The notes under the pieces were generated by a model, which did no database searches, was not told the origin of the DNA, and saw nothing but the letters and a program-made list of their open reading frames with translations. The translations under genes were made by a program, and so were the position numbers. From Anthoceros angustus (taxonomy: Eukaryota; Plantae; Anthocerotophyta), in the NCBI GenBank assembly GCA_010909165.1, contig MU008231.1:20995-84994 (forward strand): a stretch of DNA of 64,000 nt, in the 5' to 3' direction. Below are positions 62,572 through 64,000 of the stretch, piece after piece. The number at the start of each line of letters is the position of its first letter. The stretch's first letter is position 1.

Positions 62572-64000
62572 CTCCCTCTGCCATCTCCAACGACGCCTTC
62601 CAAGCGTGCGTATACTTCGGCATGTCGGCCCGTCGTTGCGCGTTGGAGCCATCTCTTGGGTTGTTTGCCAGCAAACCACTTAGGATCCTGGTGACAAGTG
62701 TGTCGTGAGCCCGCGAGCCTTCGTGACCTGGAGCAGAGGAGGCGGTTTATGCCCCATCATCTCCCTTGGCGAAGAGGTATGGAGGGTTTGAATTTTAAAT
62801 GTCAAGTGAGTTCCCACCAATAAACTCTTTGACAAAACTAGACTCCCTCTTCCATTAAGAGAACATCTCACATTCAAATTTTGATCGATATTCTCTCCCC
62901 GTTTTTGATGTGGACTCACCGCATATCTAGTGGTCCGTATACCTTCAAAGGGAATATCCAGAATATAGTTCAAAGCCTAATCCTACTTATTTTGCGCTGG
63001 AATTTTTGTGTACTTGACATTTGGGTGACTCTTAGCTGCAAAGTTTCAAGCCATTAGGATCAAAATTACAATATTTAAAATTTTCCTTCAATAACATGTC
63101 CACATGTGGACAAAAAACGTGTTGCATCCGTTGCACTTGTATGGAACACCAAAGCTTGCATCTACCCAACTCCACATGAGAAAAACCAGATGGCACGGAT
63201 GTGTTCACGGTCTCAATTTGGAGTCGCCTCGGGTGGTGGAAGGCTATGAGAAGGTGTGCATGTGGGCGTGCAGTTGATGTGCACACCCATATGTGTGGGG
63301 AGGGAGAGGGTAGGTGGTGCTCCAAGTCATGGAGGCGGCAGGTTGCCGGGTGCATCATCGGTTTGTCACAGAGCAAGTTTGGAGGATGATGGGCGTTGCT
63401 GTCTTTGCCTAAGCGACATCGGCCGAGCAGGAAAGTTTGGGAGCTTACTTGCGAGAAAGGTTGGGTCTTGGGTTCTGGGTTGAGCAAAGGAGCTACGTAA
63501 TATTCATGCACCAAGCGGATTGAGGCACTCAGGAGAATTGGCGTGAACACATCGTCGTCCTCAGTTGAGGCGCAAGGGAGAAATTGTATTGTACGCCATG
63601 TTGGGAGAGCACTTGTTCACACGCCGGTGGTGCGGAAGGTGGTGGAGAAATTACCTCGGCACCCAAGGCTAATTTGGATTGGTGGGAACTTGCAGACGTC
63701 ATTGCGGGAGGCGGTTTCTGGCCGGATGTGGGAAACACATATATGTGCAGAGGGCCCTATTGGGATCAACGTCGTTACCTTATGGGTGGCCCAGTTATGC
63801 GTTAAGGTCCATGCTTACACCCATCTGACATGTGCATTGTCACTATTGTAAAATTGAATGAGGCGAACTTCTACGGTATCGATCGAGGCTTTGTTCCTCA
63901 CCCAGGGTGGACCATTTCTTGCATGTCTGATTTCAAAGTGAATGGCGAAGGCCATTACGACTCGGAGGCGGCATGATCGTTGAGGCACCCTTCACCTTGG

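Noticed and set aside
58655-62683. Many 100-240 aa overlapping ORFs on both strands
   Set aside because: Expected from high GC content. Only the minus-strand LTR-ORF remnant has motif support.

Overview
Eukaryotic, almost entirely transposon-derived window. The organism is inferred to be a non-seed land plant; this cannot be proven from the sequence. Nearly all coding regions are broken by dense 1-3 nt indels (decay and/or noisy long-read consensus), so proteins were stitched across frames by eye. Contents: (1) Two diverged DNA-transposon-like units, each pairing a DDD transposase (DGMDQ / LYLQLDN / VGHTH motifs, Sola-like) with a gene read as a ParB-like domain fused to a beta-class amino (N6A/N4C) DNA methyltransferase. 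This is the most interesting signal. (2) Two giant Ty3/Gypsy elements inserted into those units: element B (4806-21777, minus, CCTAA TSD, no visible RT/RNase H) and element A (24432-38847, plus, full gag-pol). (3) Their 4-7 kb LTRs, and two further LTR-like segments, carry an internal ORF and family-specific palindromic motif clusters. (4) A truncated Ty1/Copia remnant, a TA-flanked MITE, a chromovirus-like tail fragment, an intact 450-aa AT-hook ORF and a 424-nt N gap. No rRNA, tRNA or CRISPR features were seen.
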